Shown here: piece after piece, positions 8,055-17,553 of the stretch
How positions within the stretch are numbered: position 1 is the first letter of the stretch
Layout of the letters: each line of letters starts with the position of its first letter
NCBI GenBank assembly: GCA_023135835.1
Contig: JAGLSI010000001.1
Coordinates: forward strand, 2,400-66,399
Direction of reading: 5' to 3'
DNA from: Minisyncoccota bacterium
Lineage (GTDB): Bacteria; Patescibacteriota; Minisyncoccia; Phycocordibacterales; UBA12079
Length of the DNA: 64,000 nt
Made by a program: the position numbers and the translations under genes
The notes under the pieces: generated by a model
Seen by the model: the letters and a program-made list of their open reading frames with translations, nothing else
Database searches by the model: none
What the model was told of the DNA's origin: nothing

Positions 8055-11000
8055 ATGACTGAAAAAAATAAAGATGAAAAAGAATTGCAAAAATCTGAAA
8101 CAGCTTTAGGAGAAGAACGAGTTTTAGAATTTTGGAATAAATCAAATACTTTTAAAAAATCAGAAGAAAAAGATGCTCCCAACGGGGATTTTACATTTTA
8201 TGACGGCCCTCCTTTTGCGACAGGAACTCCTCATTTTGGGCATATTTTAGCTGGAACTATTAAAGATGCTATTCCTCGTTATCAAACAATGAAAGGGAAG
8301 AAAGTGATTAGAAAATGGGGTTGGGATTGTCACGGTTTACCTTTAGAAAATATTATTGAAGAAGAGTTGGGTTTAGCTACAAAAAAAGATATTGAAGATT
8401 TTGGTATTGAAAAATTTAATGAATCAGCTAATTCTAAAGTGCTTCGCTATGCTGAATATTGGGAAAAAGTAATTCCTAGACTTGGTCGCTGGGTAGATAT
8501 GCAAGATCCTTACAGAACGATGGATACTAGTTATTCTGAATCAGTATGGTGGTCATTTAAAGAAATTTATAATAAAGGTTTGATTTATGAAGGTTTTAAG
8601 TCAATGCACTATTGTCCTCGTTGTGGAACTACTCTTTCAAATTTTGAGGTTAATCAAGGGTATAAAGATATTAAGGATTTATCAGTAACTGTTAAGTTTG
8701 AACTTGAGGACCCCATCAGAACTAACGGTTTAGGAAAACCTACTTCTGACGGGACAAGTAACCCTAAGACATATATTTTAGCTTGGACAACTACCCCATG
8801 GACGCTTCCTGGTAATATGGCTCTCGCAATAAATAGTAGAGCTGTTTATTGTAAAGTAAAAAGTAGAAGTGAAGAGGGGGAAATATTTATTCTCGCTAAA
8901 GAAAGATTAGACGAAGTATTTAAAGACAAAGAATATGAAATTTTAGAAGAATTTGATGGGTCAAAAATTATTGGTAAAAAATATAAACCAGTTTTTGATT
9001 ATTATATAAATGAAGATATTGAAAATAAACAAAATGCTTGGAAGATTTATGGAGCTGATTTTGTGAGTATGGAAGACGGAACAGGGGTAGTACACCTTGC
9101 TCCAGCTTTTGGTGAAGATGATTTAAATTTAGCTCAGAAAGAAGGAATTCCTGTAATCCACCATGTAGATTTGGAAGGTAAATTTAAAAAAGAAGTAAAG
9201 GAATTTGCAGGAACCCATGTAAAACAAAAAGAAGACCACCAAGCAACTGATATTGAGATAATTAAATCTTTAGCGACAAAAGGGTTGTTGTTTTCAAAAG
9301 AAAAAATAGAACATTCATATCCTCATTGTTGGAGATGTCATACTCCGTTGCTAAATTATGCAACTTCTTCTTGGTTTCTAGCAACTACAAAAATAAAAGA
9401 TAAAATTATTGCTGAAAACAAAGCGATTAAATGGGTGCCTGAAAATATTAGAGACGGGAGAATGGGAAAATGGTTAGAAGGGATGAGGGATTGGGCAATT
9501 TCTCGTTCTCGTTATTGGGGAGCTCCTTTACCTGTTTGGAAATGTGAAGAATGTGATGAAAAGAAAATAATCGGTTCTATTGATGAAATAAAAAAAGAAA
9601 CAAAAAGCACCAACCAGTTTTTTGTTATTCGTCATGGTGAAGCTGATAATAATGTTTTAAGTGTTTGTTCAAAAGGAGTAGCTGATAAACATCATTTAAC
9701 TGAAAAAGGAAAGGAACAAATTTCTATTTCCGCTAAGGAATTGAAAAATAAAAAAATTGATTTAATTATTAGTTCTCCGTATATTCGTACTAAAGAGTCT
9801 GCTGAAATATTAGCTAAAGAATTAGGAGTAAAAGAAATTATTGAAGACAGTAGGGTAGGAGAGGTAAATAGTGGTGACTTTGGCGGGAAGTCTGTTTCAG
9901 AATATCGTAACTTTTTTTCATCCGAAGAAGATTATTTTAAAAAAGCTCCAGAAGGAGGAGAAAGTTTTGATGATATTAAAAAAAGAGTAAGTGAGTTTTT
10001 GTATGATGTAGACGAAAAATATTCTGATAAAATTATTTTAATTGTAGGGCACGAGACTATTAACTGGATGTTAAGAGCGGGGGCTCAAGGAATGAATCCT
10101 TATGAAGCTATAGAATTAAAGAATGAAGTTGGTTTATCGAAAAATGCAGAATGGTATCAATTGGATTTTACGCCAATTCCTCATAATAGAAATTATGAAT
10201 TAGATTTACATCGCCCTTATATAGATGAGGTAGAATTTTCTTGTTCTTGTGGAGGAAAAATGAAAATTATTAAAGAAGTTTTTGATTGTTGGTATGAGTC
10301 AGGCTCAATGTCTTTTGCCTCTAAACATTATCCTTTTGAAAATCTTGATATATTTAATCCTGAAAAAGGAGTTGGTTATCCAGCTAATTTTATTGCTGAA
10401 GGATTAGACCAAACTCGTGGATGGTTTTATTCAATGCTAGTTTTATCAGTAGCCTTGTTTGATAAAGCTGCTTATCAAAATGTAATTGTGAATGGTTTGG
10501 TTATGGCAGAAGATGGACAAAAAATGTCTAAATCAAAACAGAATTTTTCAGATCCTATGGATGTTGTAAATAAATACGGTGCTGATGCTGTTAGATATTA
10601 TTTATTATCTTCTCCTTTAATGAAAGCTGAAGATTTGAATTTCACTGATAAAGGAGTGGATGAGGTTTTGAAAAAGAATATATTAAGATTTAAAAATGTT
10701 TTATCTTTTTATGAATTATATAAAGATGAAAAAGTATCTGATGTAGAAGTTAAGGATAGTCAAAATATTTTAGATAGGTGGGTTTTAAGTCGTTTGAATG
10801 AGTTATCTCAAGAGGTTTCTAAAAATATGGATAATTATGAGATTGATAAGGCTGTTAGACCTATTGCTGATTTTGTAGATGATTTATCAACTTGGTATTT
10901 AAGAAGGTCGCGAGATAGATTTAAAGGTGAAGACCAACAAGATAAGGATTTTGCGATTGTAACGACTAAATATATTTTAGAGAATTTAGCAAAAGTTTAT

Positions 11001-11606
11001 GCTCCAGTTATGCCTTTTGTTGCAGAAGAAATTTGGCAAAAAGTAACTGAAAATAATTTTAAAGATGAAAATAAATCAGTGCATTTGGAAGATTGGGTTG
11101 AGAGGGGTGAAGTGAATGAAGAATTAATTGAAGAAATGGAAGTTGTAAGAACTATTATTTCTCTTGGTTTAGAGATTAGAGCAAAAGAAGGTGTTAAGGT
11201 AAGGCAACCACTTCAAAAATTAAAAGTTAAAAATGAAAAACTAAAAGAAAAAGATGAGCTTGGTGAGTTAATAAAAGATGAGTTAAATGTAAAAGAATTT
11301 GCTTTTGATGAAAATATTGAAAATGAAGTGGAGCTTGATTTAGGGATTACACCAGAGTTAGAAAAAGAGGGGGATTTTAGAGAATTTTTGAGAAATATTC
11401 AGATTTTTAGAAAAGATTCTGGGTTAAAAGCTCATGATGAAATTAATTTAGTTATAAAAACTGATAATTTAGGAAAAGAATTATTAGAAAAGTTTGAAGA
11501 TGAATTAAAGCGAGTAGCGGGAATAAAAGAAATTCAGTTTGTTGAAGTAAATGATGGAAAGGAAATAGTAATTAAAGAATATAACTTTAAAATTAAAATT
11601 ATTTAA
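8055..11606 (+). CDS. ileS: Isoleucine--tRNA ligase (type 2) with inserted histidine-phosphatase domain
   Basis: DGPPFATGTPHFGH, GWDCHGLP, WTTTPWTLP, EGLDQTRGWFY, KMSKS; RHGE insert near 9630. Confidence 0.96.
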   Translation: MTEKNKDEKELQKSETALGEERVLEFWNKSNTFKKSEEKDAPNGDFTFYDGPPFATGTPHFGHILAGTIKDAIPRYQTMKGKKVIRKWGWDCHGLPLENIIEEELGLATKKDIEDFGIEKFNESANSKVLRYAEYWEKVIPRLGRWVDMQDPYRTMDTSYSESVWWSFKEIYNKGLIYEGFKSMHYCPRCGTTLSNFEVNQGYKDIKDLSVTVKFELEDPIRTNGLGKPTSDGTSNPKTYILAWTTTPWTLPGNMALAINSRAVYCKVKSRSEEGEIFILAKERLDEVFKDKEYEILEEFDGSKIIGKKYKPVFDYYINEDIENKQNAWKIYGADFVSMEDGTGVVHLAPAFGEDDLNLAQKEGIPVIHHVDLEGKFKKEVKEFAGTHVKQKEDHQATDIEIIKSLATKGLLFSKEKIEHSYPHCWRCHTPLLNYATSSWFLATTKIKDKIIAENKAIKWVPENIRDGRMGKWLEGMRDWAISRSRYWGAPLPVWKCEECDEKKIIGSIDEIKKETKSTNQFFVIRHGEADNNVLSVCSKGVADKHHLTEKGKEQISISAKELKNKKIDLIISSPYIRTKESAEILAKELGVKEIIEDSRVGEVNSGDFGGKSVSEYRNFFSSEEDYFKKAPEGGESFDDIKKRVSEFLYDVDEKYSDKIILIVGHETINWMLRAGAQGMNPYEAIELKNEVGLSKNAEWYQLDFTPIPHNRNYELDLHRPYIDEVEFSCSCGGKMKIIKEVFDCWYESGSMSFASKHYPFENLDIFNPEKGVGYPANFIAEGLDQTRGWFYSMLVLSVALFDKAAYQNVIVNGLVMAEDGQKMSKSKQNFSDPMDVVNKYGADAVRYYLLSSPLMKAEDLNFTDKGVDEVLKKNILRFKNVLSFYELYKDEKVSDVEVKDSQNILDRWVLSRLNELSQEVSKNMDNYEIDKAVRPIADFVDDLSTWYLRRSRDRFKGEDQQDKDFAIVTTKYILENLAKVYAPVMPFVAEEIWQKVTENNFKDENKSVHLEDWVERGEVNEELIEEMEVVRTIISLGLEIRAKEGVKVRQPLQKLKVKNEKLKEKDELGELIKDELNVKEFAFDENIENEVELDLGITPELEKEGDFREFLRNIQIFRKDSGLKAHDEINLVIKTDNLGKELLEKFEDELKRVAGIKEIQFVEVNDGKEIVIKEYNFKIKII
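8712..8753. repeat. In-frame palindromic element inside ileS (encodes PIRTNGLGKPTSDG)
   Basis: CCCATCAGAA...TTCTGACGGG arms resemble the CCCGTTAGA...TCTAACGGG family. Confidence 0.6.
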
Positions 11607-11648
11607 TACAGATTTGCAGAAAAACAGATTTATTGATATACTCTAGTT

Positions 11649-11894
11649 ATGAATACAATAGCAAGAATACAATCTAGAGGAACCTTTACTATACCTAAGA
11701 AAATTAGGGATGTTTTAGATTTATCAAATGGAGACATGCTTAATGTTAATTTAAAAAACAAAAAAATAGTAATTGAACCTATTAAAACTGATAAAAGTTT
11801 ACAAAAAGATATTTTAAATTCTTTAGAAGATATTAAAAAAGGAGATTTCATTTCTTTTTCTTCCGCTAAAGAAATGCGTAAAAAAATAAGTTAG
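11649..11894 (+). CDS. AbrB/MazE/SpoVT-type antitoxin
   Basis: RGTFTIPKKIRDVLDLSNGD; 1-nt gap before a RelE-like gene. Confidence 0.85.
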   Translation: MNTIARIQSRGTFTIPKKIRDVLDLSNGDMLNVNLKNKKIVIEPIKTDKSLQKDILNSLEDIKKGDFISFSSAKEMRKKIS

Positions 11895-11895
11895 T

Positions 11896-12141
11896 ATGAT
11901 TGGTATAATTACTAAGACAGCAGAAAAACAGTATTTTAAATTACCTAAAAAAATTCAAAGTTTATGCGATAAACAAATTGATTTTTTATTAGAAGATTAT
12001 AGACATCCTTCTTTAAATTCAAAAAAATATGATAAAGAAATTAATCTTTGGCAAGCGAGGATAAATAAATTTTATAGATTCTATTTTTTTATTGAGGAGG
12101 ATAGATATATAATAGTTAGTATTAAAAAACACCCTAAATAA
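11896..12141 (+). CDS. RelE/ParE-superfamily toxin
   Basis: HPSLNSKK, WQARINKFYRFYF, terminal H; TA-type operon. Confidence 0.78.
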   Translation: MIGIITKTAEKQYFKLPKKIQSLCDKQIDFLLEDYRHPSLNSKKYDKEINLWQARINKFYRFYFFIEEDRYIIVSIKKHPK

Positions 12142-12145
12142 AATT

Positions 12146-12886
12146 ATGAAAAAATTAATATTTTTAGATACAGAAACAACAGGGAATGATTTAAAAGAGG
12201 ATCGGCTTTGTCAGGTGGCTTATAAAATTGATGGTGATATGACGGCTAAAAACTTTAAACCAACTATCCCTATTTCAATTAAAGCTATGAGTGTAACAAA
12301 TATTACAAATAAAATTGTTGAAAATGAGGAAGCTTTTCAGGGAAGTAATTTTGCTAAGGAATTACAAGATTTATTAAATGAAAATATTTTAGTAGCACAT
12401 AATGCTTCTTTTGATATTGCGATGTTGGAAAATGAAGGTTTAAAAGTTCCTAATTATATTTGCACCTTGAAATTATCTCGTTATTTAGATGATAAGGCTG
12501 AAATTCCAGAACATAATTTGCAATTTTTAAGATATTACTATGATGTTGACCCTAATCTTACAGACGGGCACAGTTTAGATGTAATTGCTCACAGTGCTGA
12601 TGGGGATGTTTTGGTTTTAGAAGCTATTTATAAATATATTCACAATTTAGCTAAAGAAAAATCTAATACAGAGGCAGATGAAGATATTTTGAATAGAATG
12701 ATGGAGATTTCTAAAAAACCATCATTAATACGAAGATTCTCTTTCGGAAAACATATAAATAAATTGGTAGAAGATGTTGTTCAAGAAGATAAAGGATATC
12801 TAGAATGGTTTTTAAAAACTAAAGAGGAGGAAGGGACAGATGAAGATTGGATTTATACTCTTAAATATTTTTTAAATATAAAATAG
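12146..12886 (+). CDS. DEDDh 3'-5' exonuclease with exonuclease X-like C-terminal domain
   Basis: FLDTETTG, VAHNASFD, AHSADGD; C-terminal FGKH...DKGYLEW. Confidence 0.88.
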   Translation: MKKLIFLDTETTGNDLKEDRLCQVAYKIDGDMTAKNFKPTIPISIKAMSVTNITNKIVENEEAFQGSNFAKELQDLLNENILVAHNASFDIAMLENEGLKVPNYICTLKLSRYLDDKAEIPEHNLQFLRYYYDVDPNLTDGHSLDVIAHSADGDVLVLEAIYKYIHNLAKEKSNTEADEDILNRMMEISKKPSLIRRFSFGKHINKLVEDVVQEDKGYLEWFLKTKEEEGTDEDWIYTLKYFLNIK

Positions 12887-12920
12887 AGATTTTTAATAAA
12901 AAGTTAAAGATTTAATAAAG

Positions 12921-12951
12921 AAGACCGTAATCGCTACGCGATTACGGTCTT
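12921..12951. terminator. Hairpin between convergent genes (bidirectional terminator candidate)
   Basis: AAGACCGTAATCGC-TAC-GCGATTACGGTCTT perfect stem. Confidence 0.7.
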
Positions 12952-12969
12952 TGTATATCCTTTAAAAGA

Positions 12970-13179
12970 TTAATTCCAAATTCTTTCCCACACAATCTTT
13001 CTTGTTTTCCAGTAGGCTTTTTGTAATGGGTTTGTTTTTAGAATACTTTTTTTATCAATATTGCTATGGAGAAGTCCGCAGTCAGAACAAGGAGAAGAAC
13101 GTATTCTTTTTCCGTCTACTTCCACCACAATTATTGAATTTTCATCCACTAAGTTCTCACAATCTTTACATATATTCAT
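12970..13179 (-). CDS. Small hypothetical Zn-ribbon protein
   Basis: CKDC and CSDC pairs; AAGGAG SD upstream on the minus strand. Confidence 0.6.
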   Translation of the reverse strand: MNICKDCENLVDENSIIVVEVDGKRIRSSPCSDCGLLHSNIDKKSILKTNPLQKAYWKTRKIVWERIWN

Positions 13180-13291
13180 TTTTTAACTCCTTTATGGATA
13201 AGAACAATTAAATTTACTAAACAAAATATATAATACTTTATATATAAAGTAAACCCTATATCTTCAAAATTAAATGAGCTATACTATTTAA

Positions 13292-13903
13292 ATGCATGAA
13301 ATTTATAATACAGAAGGAATTATCTTAAGTGGTGGTGATATTGGCGAAGCTAACAAATTTATTAATATTTTTTCAGAACAATTTGGTTTAATTTCAGCCA
13401 CAGCTCAAAGTGTAAGACAAATAAAGTCAAAACTTCGTTTTGGATTACAGAAATTTACAGTTTCTAATTTTTCTTTAGTACGTGGAAAGGATGTTTGGCG
13501 AATTACAAATATAGAATATAAACAAAATCTTTATTATGAGTTTTGCAAGGATAAAAACAAACTAAAAACCATGATTAGTATTTTGGTTTTAATTAAAAAA
13601 CTTTTAGCAGGTGAGAAGTATAATAAAAGACTATACAAGATAATTCGTCGTTCCATTTCTTTTTTAAAAAAAGAAAATTTATCAGAGAAAGAAATTAGTG
13701 ATTTTGAAAATATTGTTTTAATTAGAGTGTTGCACAATCTGGGTTATTTTAATGAAGATAAAAAGATTCAAGGAGAAAATATTTATAAAAAAATAATTGA
13801 AACTTCATCTTGGAGTAAAAAGATACTAGAAGAAGTTAGAGGTTTTAACGGAGAGATTATAGAAGATATTAATGAGTCTTTATATAATACTCATTTATTT
13901 TAG
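13292..13903 (+). CDS. recO: DNA repair protein RecO (short CPR type)
   Basis: TEGIIL, GEANK, FGLISATAQSVRQIKSKLR OB-fold N-terminus; LHNLGY. Confidence 0.88.
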   Translation: MHEIYNTEGIILSGGDIGEANKFINIFSEQFGLISATAQSVRQIKSKLRFGLQKFTVSNFSLVRGKDVWRITNIEYKQNLYYEFCKDKNKLKTMISILVLIKKLLAGEKYNKRLYKIIRRSISFLKKENLSEKEISDFENIVLIRVLHNLGYFNEDKKIQGENIYKKIIETSSWSKKILEEVRGFNGEIIEDINESLYNTHLF

Positions 13904-13933
13904 ATTAATATATATGTTATAATTTAATTACTT

Positions 13934-14029
13934 ATCCTGTTAGAGATTAAGGATTAGTTTATAATTTAAAAATATTATTAATTTAATTTAAAAAGATAAA
14001 ATCTATAAAAATTTTATCTTTAATAGGAT
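13934..14029. repeat. ATCCTGTTAGAGAT...ATCTTTAATAGGAT element overlapping the start codon at 14028
   Basis: Same arms as the copies at 3153 and 34813. Confidence 0.75.
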
Positions 14030-16022
14030 GGATGATTTAAATAATAAACCATTAACTCAAATAGAGAAATTAAAAAGAACTCTTTTTTTTAAAAATAAAA
14101 ATAAAAATAAAAAAAAAGAAGTTATTAATAATTTAAAGCCTAAAAAATATTTAGTTGATAGTGATTGGAAAAAAGAGGAAGTGGAGCCTGTTAAAAATCA
14201 ACCAGATGACCCTAGGCTAGATTGGCAGGGGAAAGGAGATATGAAAAAAGAAAGTAAGTCACCAAAAAAGAAAATGACATTTTTCGGGAAATTGGTAATT
14301 TTCTCTGTTTTGTTTTTCATAGGTTCGTTTTTTGTAGCCTTGTATGTTTTTTATGGAGGAGTAAATATTATCTCTACTGAAAATGTTGATATTTCTATTT
14401 CAGGACCATCTTCTATAGGTGGAGGGGAAGAACTTTCTTTTCAAATAACTGTGCAGAATAATAATTCAGTTGATTTAGAGTTAGCTGATTTAATTGTGGA
14501 ATATCCTAATGGAACTCTTTTGGCTGATGACAGAAATACTAAATTAACTTTAGTAAGAAAAACATTAAATACTGTTCCGGCGGGGGGTAGTTCTACTCAT
14601 ATCTTTAAATCAGTTTTGTTTGGAAATGAAGGAGACTTAAAAGATATTATTATTACTATTGAGTATCGTGCAAAAGGATCAAATGCCATTTTCTTTAAAG
14701 AAAGAAAATATGAAGTTTTGATTGATTCTTCACCTATTGTTTTTGTAGTTGATATTCCAGAAAAAATTACAGCAGGACAAGAATTTGAAATGGATATAGA
14801 GATATATTCTAACTCTAATAAAGTAATTGAAGATTTTTTGTTTGAAGCTGACTATCCTTTTGGTTTTATTTTTAAAGATTCTAATATAAGGCCAAGTTAT
14901 AGGGATAATATTTGGAGTTTTGGTGATATTAGTCCAAATTCAAAAAATATTTTAAAAATACAAGGTGTTTTAGAGGGGCAAAATGAAGAGGAAAGGATTT
15001 TTAGATTTTATGGAGGTTCTGAGGATAAAGAAGATGATAATGTAATTAAAGCAAAGTTAGTATCTATAATAGAACCTATTTTAATCAGAAAATCTTTAAT
15101 AGGAGTAGATTTAGTTTTAAATGGAGATTATAGTTCTGAATATATTACATCAAGTGATAAAGATATAAGAGTGGATGTTTTGTGGTCAAATAATTTAATC
15201 ACTAAGCTAGTTGATGCTGAGTTAGTAGTTAATCTGAAAGGAAATACTTTGGATAAAAGGACTATTTCTTCGGATGAAGGTTATTATAAATCCTTAGATA
15301 ATTCAATAACTTGGAATAAAAAGAGCAGTCCTCAGTTGGCAGTATTAAATCCAGGTGATAGCGGGAATCTTAGTTTTAGTTTCTCTATTTTTCCTCTTTC
15401 TTATATTTCAAATTCTGGAGTAAAAAATCCAGAAATTGAATTAGAGTTGGTAGTTAAAGCTAACCAATTATCAGAATTAGATTCCTCGGTAGAAAAAATA
15501 GAAACAAAACTAGTTAAAACAATTAAATTAAATACAGATTTACTTTTGACAGGACAAACTCTTTATTCCGTTGGTTCTTTTGAAAATACAGGACCAATTC
15601 CTCCTAAAGTTGATAATGAAACTACTTATACTATTGTTTTAACTGCTACAAATACCTCAAATAGTATTTCTAAAGCTAAGGTGGTAGCAACTTTGCCTGC
15701 TTATGTAAAATGGATGGATAGAATAAGTCCGTCTTTTGAAAATATTAAATTTAATCAAGTAGGGGGGGAGATTGTTTGGGATATAGGAGATTTGCCTGCT
15801 GGAGCTGGAATATTAACAGCAATGAAAGAAGTTTCTTTTCAAGTTTCTTTTTTACCTAGCTTGAGTCAGGTTGGTTCAGAACCTGTTTTAATAGATAATC
15901 TTTATATTGAAGGGGTAGATGATTTTACAGGAAAATATATTAAGTATCCAATTAAAGCAATTACCACAAGCTTTGAGACAGACCCAGTTTATGGTTTAAG
16001 AGATGAAGATGTGGTAGAGTAA
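14028..16022 (+). CDS. Single-pass membrane protein with repeated Ig-like (DUF11-like) domains
   Basis: Basic N-terminus, one TM, beta-rich repeats, GPIPPKVDNETTYTI, WDIGDL. Confidence 0.75.
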   Translation: MDDLNNKPLTQIEKLKRTLFFKNKNKNKKKEVINNLKPKKYLVDSDWKKEEVEPVKNQPDDPRLDWQGKGDMKKESKSPKKKMTFFGKLVIFSVLFFIGSFFVALYVFYGGVNIISTENVDISISGPSSIGGGEELSFQITVQNNNSVDLELADLIVEYPNGTLLADDRNTKLTLVRKTLNTVPAGGSSTHIFKSVLFGNEGDLKDIIITIEYRAKGSNAIFFKERKYEVLIDSSPIVFVVDIPEKITAGQEFEMDIEIYSNSNKVIEDFLFEADYPFGFIFKDSNIRPSYRDNIWSFGDISPNSKNILKIQGVLEGQNEEERIFRFYGGSEDKEDDNVIKAKLVSIIEPILIRKSLIGVDLVLNGDYSSEYITSSDKDIRVDVLWSNNLITKLVDAELVVNLKGNTLDKRTISSDEGYYKSLDNSITWNKKSSPQLAVLNPGDSGNLSFSFSIFPLSYISNSGVKNPEIELELVVKANQLSELDSSVEKIETKLVKTIKLNTDLLLTGQTLYSVGSFENTGPIPPKVDNETTYTIVLTATNTSNSISKAKVVATLPAYVKWMDRISPSFENIKFNQVGGEIVWDIGDLPAGAGILTAMKEVSFQVSFLPSLSQVGSEPVLIDNLYIEGVDDFTGKYIKYPIKAITTSFETDPVYGLRDEDVVE

Positions 16023-16057
16023 AATATATATTATTAGGTATTAAATAATTTAAAACT

Positions 16058-17452
16058 ATGTCAGAAAAAGAAAATAAGATGGAGAAAATAGTATCTTTAT
16101 GTAAACGAAGAGGTTTAATTTTTCAAGGTTCAGAAATTTATGGTGGAATGGGAGGAACATATACATATGGACCTTTAGGAGTTGAGTTAAAGAATAATAT
16201 AAAACAATTATGGTGGAAAAAATTTGTTCAAGATAGAATAAATATTGTAGGTATTGATGGTCCAATCTTATTGCATCCAAAATTATGGGAAGCTTCTGGT
16301 CATGCTGAAGGTTTTGGGGATGCTATGGTTGATTGTAAGGAGTGTAAAAAAAGATTTAGGGCAGATCATTTAGTTGAAGATGAGACAGGAGAGGATTTGG
16401 AGGGAAAGAATGAAGAAATGACAAAAATTATTAAAGAAAAGGAAATTAAATGTCCTAATTGTGGAAAAGTTAATTGGACTGATGTTAAGGATTTTAACAT
16501 GATGTTTAAAACACAGATGAATGGAGTTGAGGGAGATATTTTTTTAAGACCAGAAACAGCAGGGGCAATTTTTATTGAGTTTAAAAATGTATTGGATTCT
16601 ACTCAGCAGAAAATACCTTTTGGTATTGCTCAAATAGGAAAAGCTTTTAGGAATGAAATTGTAGCAAGTAATTTTATATTTAGGTTAAGAGAGTTTGAAC
16701 AAATGGAAATTGAATATCTTATTAGGCCTCAAGATAATTGGGAACCAATATTTGATGACTGGTTAAGTCAGCAAGAAGATTTTGCTATGGAATTAGGAGC
16801 AAAAAAAGAAGATTTAAGAAGATTAGAGCATCCAAGAGAAAAATTATCTCATTATTCTAAAAAAACGATTGATATTGAATATAATTTCCCTTTTGGTTTT
16901 AAAGAGTTGTTTGGTTTAGCTCATAGAGGAGATTTTGATTTAACTCAACATACTGAGTTTGGTAATGAAAAATTAGAATATTTTGATCAAGAAAGTGGTG
17001 AAAGATTCATACCTCATATTCTAGAGCCTACTTTTGGTGTAGAAAGATCTTTGTTAGTTGCTTTAGTCTCTGCTTATACTGAGGAACAAGTAGGAGATCC
17101 TAATCCTGAGGATGGACAAAGAGATACTCGTATAGTTCTAAAATTTCCAAAGAAATTAGCTCCTGTAAAAATTGCTTTCCTACCTTTATCTAAAAAAGAG
17201 GAATTAACAAATCCTACTAAAGAATTATTTAATCAAATGCAAGAGAAATTTGTATGTCAGTATGACGATACTCAATCAATCGGGAAGAGATACAGAAGAC
17301 AAGATGAAATAGGGACTCCTTACTGTGTTACTTTTGACTTTGATTCTTTAGAAGATAAGTCTGTAACTGTGCGAGATAGGGATACTATGGAGCAAGAAAG
17401 AGTGAAAATAGAAGAATTAGAAAATTATTTAACAGAGAAATTAAGCGAATAA
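16058..17452 (+). CDS. glyQS: Glycine--tRNA ligase (alpha2 type)
   Basis: LCKRRG, LRPETA, GKAFRNEI, REFEQME, SIGKRYRRQDEIGTP. Confidence 0.97.
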   Translation: MSEKENKMEKIVSLCKRRGLIFQGSEIYGGMGGTYTYGPLGVELKNNIKQLWWKKFVQDRINIVGIDGPILLHPKLWEASGHAEGFGDAMVDCKECKKRFRADHLVEDETGEDLEGKNEEMTKIIKEKEIKCPNCGKVNWTDVKDFNMMFKTQMNGVEGDIFLRPETAGAIFIEFKNVLDSTQQKIPFGIAQIGKAFRNEIVASNFIFRLREFEQMEIEYLIRPQDNWEPIFDDWLSQQEDFAMELGAKKEDLRRLEHPREKLSHYSKKTIDIEYNFPFGFKELFGLAHRGDFDLTQHTEFGNEKLEYFDQESGERFIPHILEPTFGVERSLLVALVSAYTEEQVGDPNPEDGQRDTRIVLKFPKKLAPVKIAFLPLSKKEELTNPTKELFNQMQEKFVCQYDDTQSIGKRYRRQDEIGTPYCVTFDFDSLEDKSVTVRDRDTMEQERVKIEELENYLTEKLSE

Positions 17453-17482
17453 AATAATTGAATTTTAAGGGTTGAAATAACG

Positions 17483-17516
17483 ATTTTAACGGCTACATTA
17501 ACGTAGCCGTTAAAAT
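17483..17516. repeat. AAYGGCTA...TAGCCRTT palindrome, solo copy
   Basis: ATTTTAACGGCTAC-ATTAAC-GTAGCCGTTAAAAT; same family at 35418, 40267, 50136, 52142. Confidence 0.7.
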
Positions 17517-17553
17517 TTATAGAATTTTTAGAAATTAAATGTATAATAATGGA

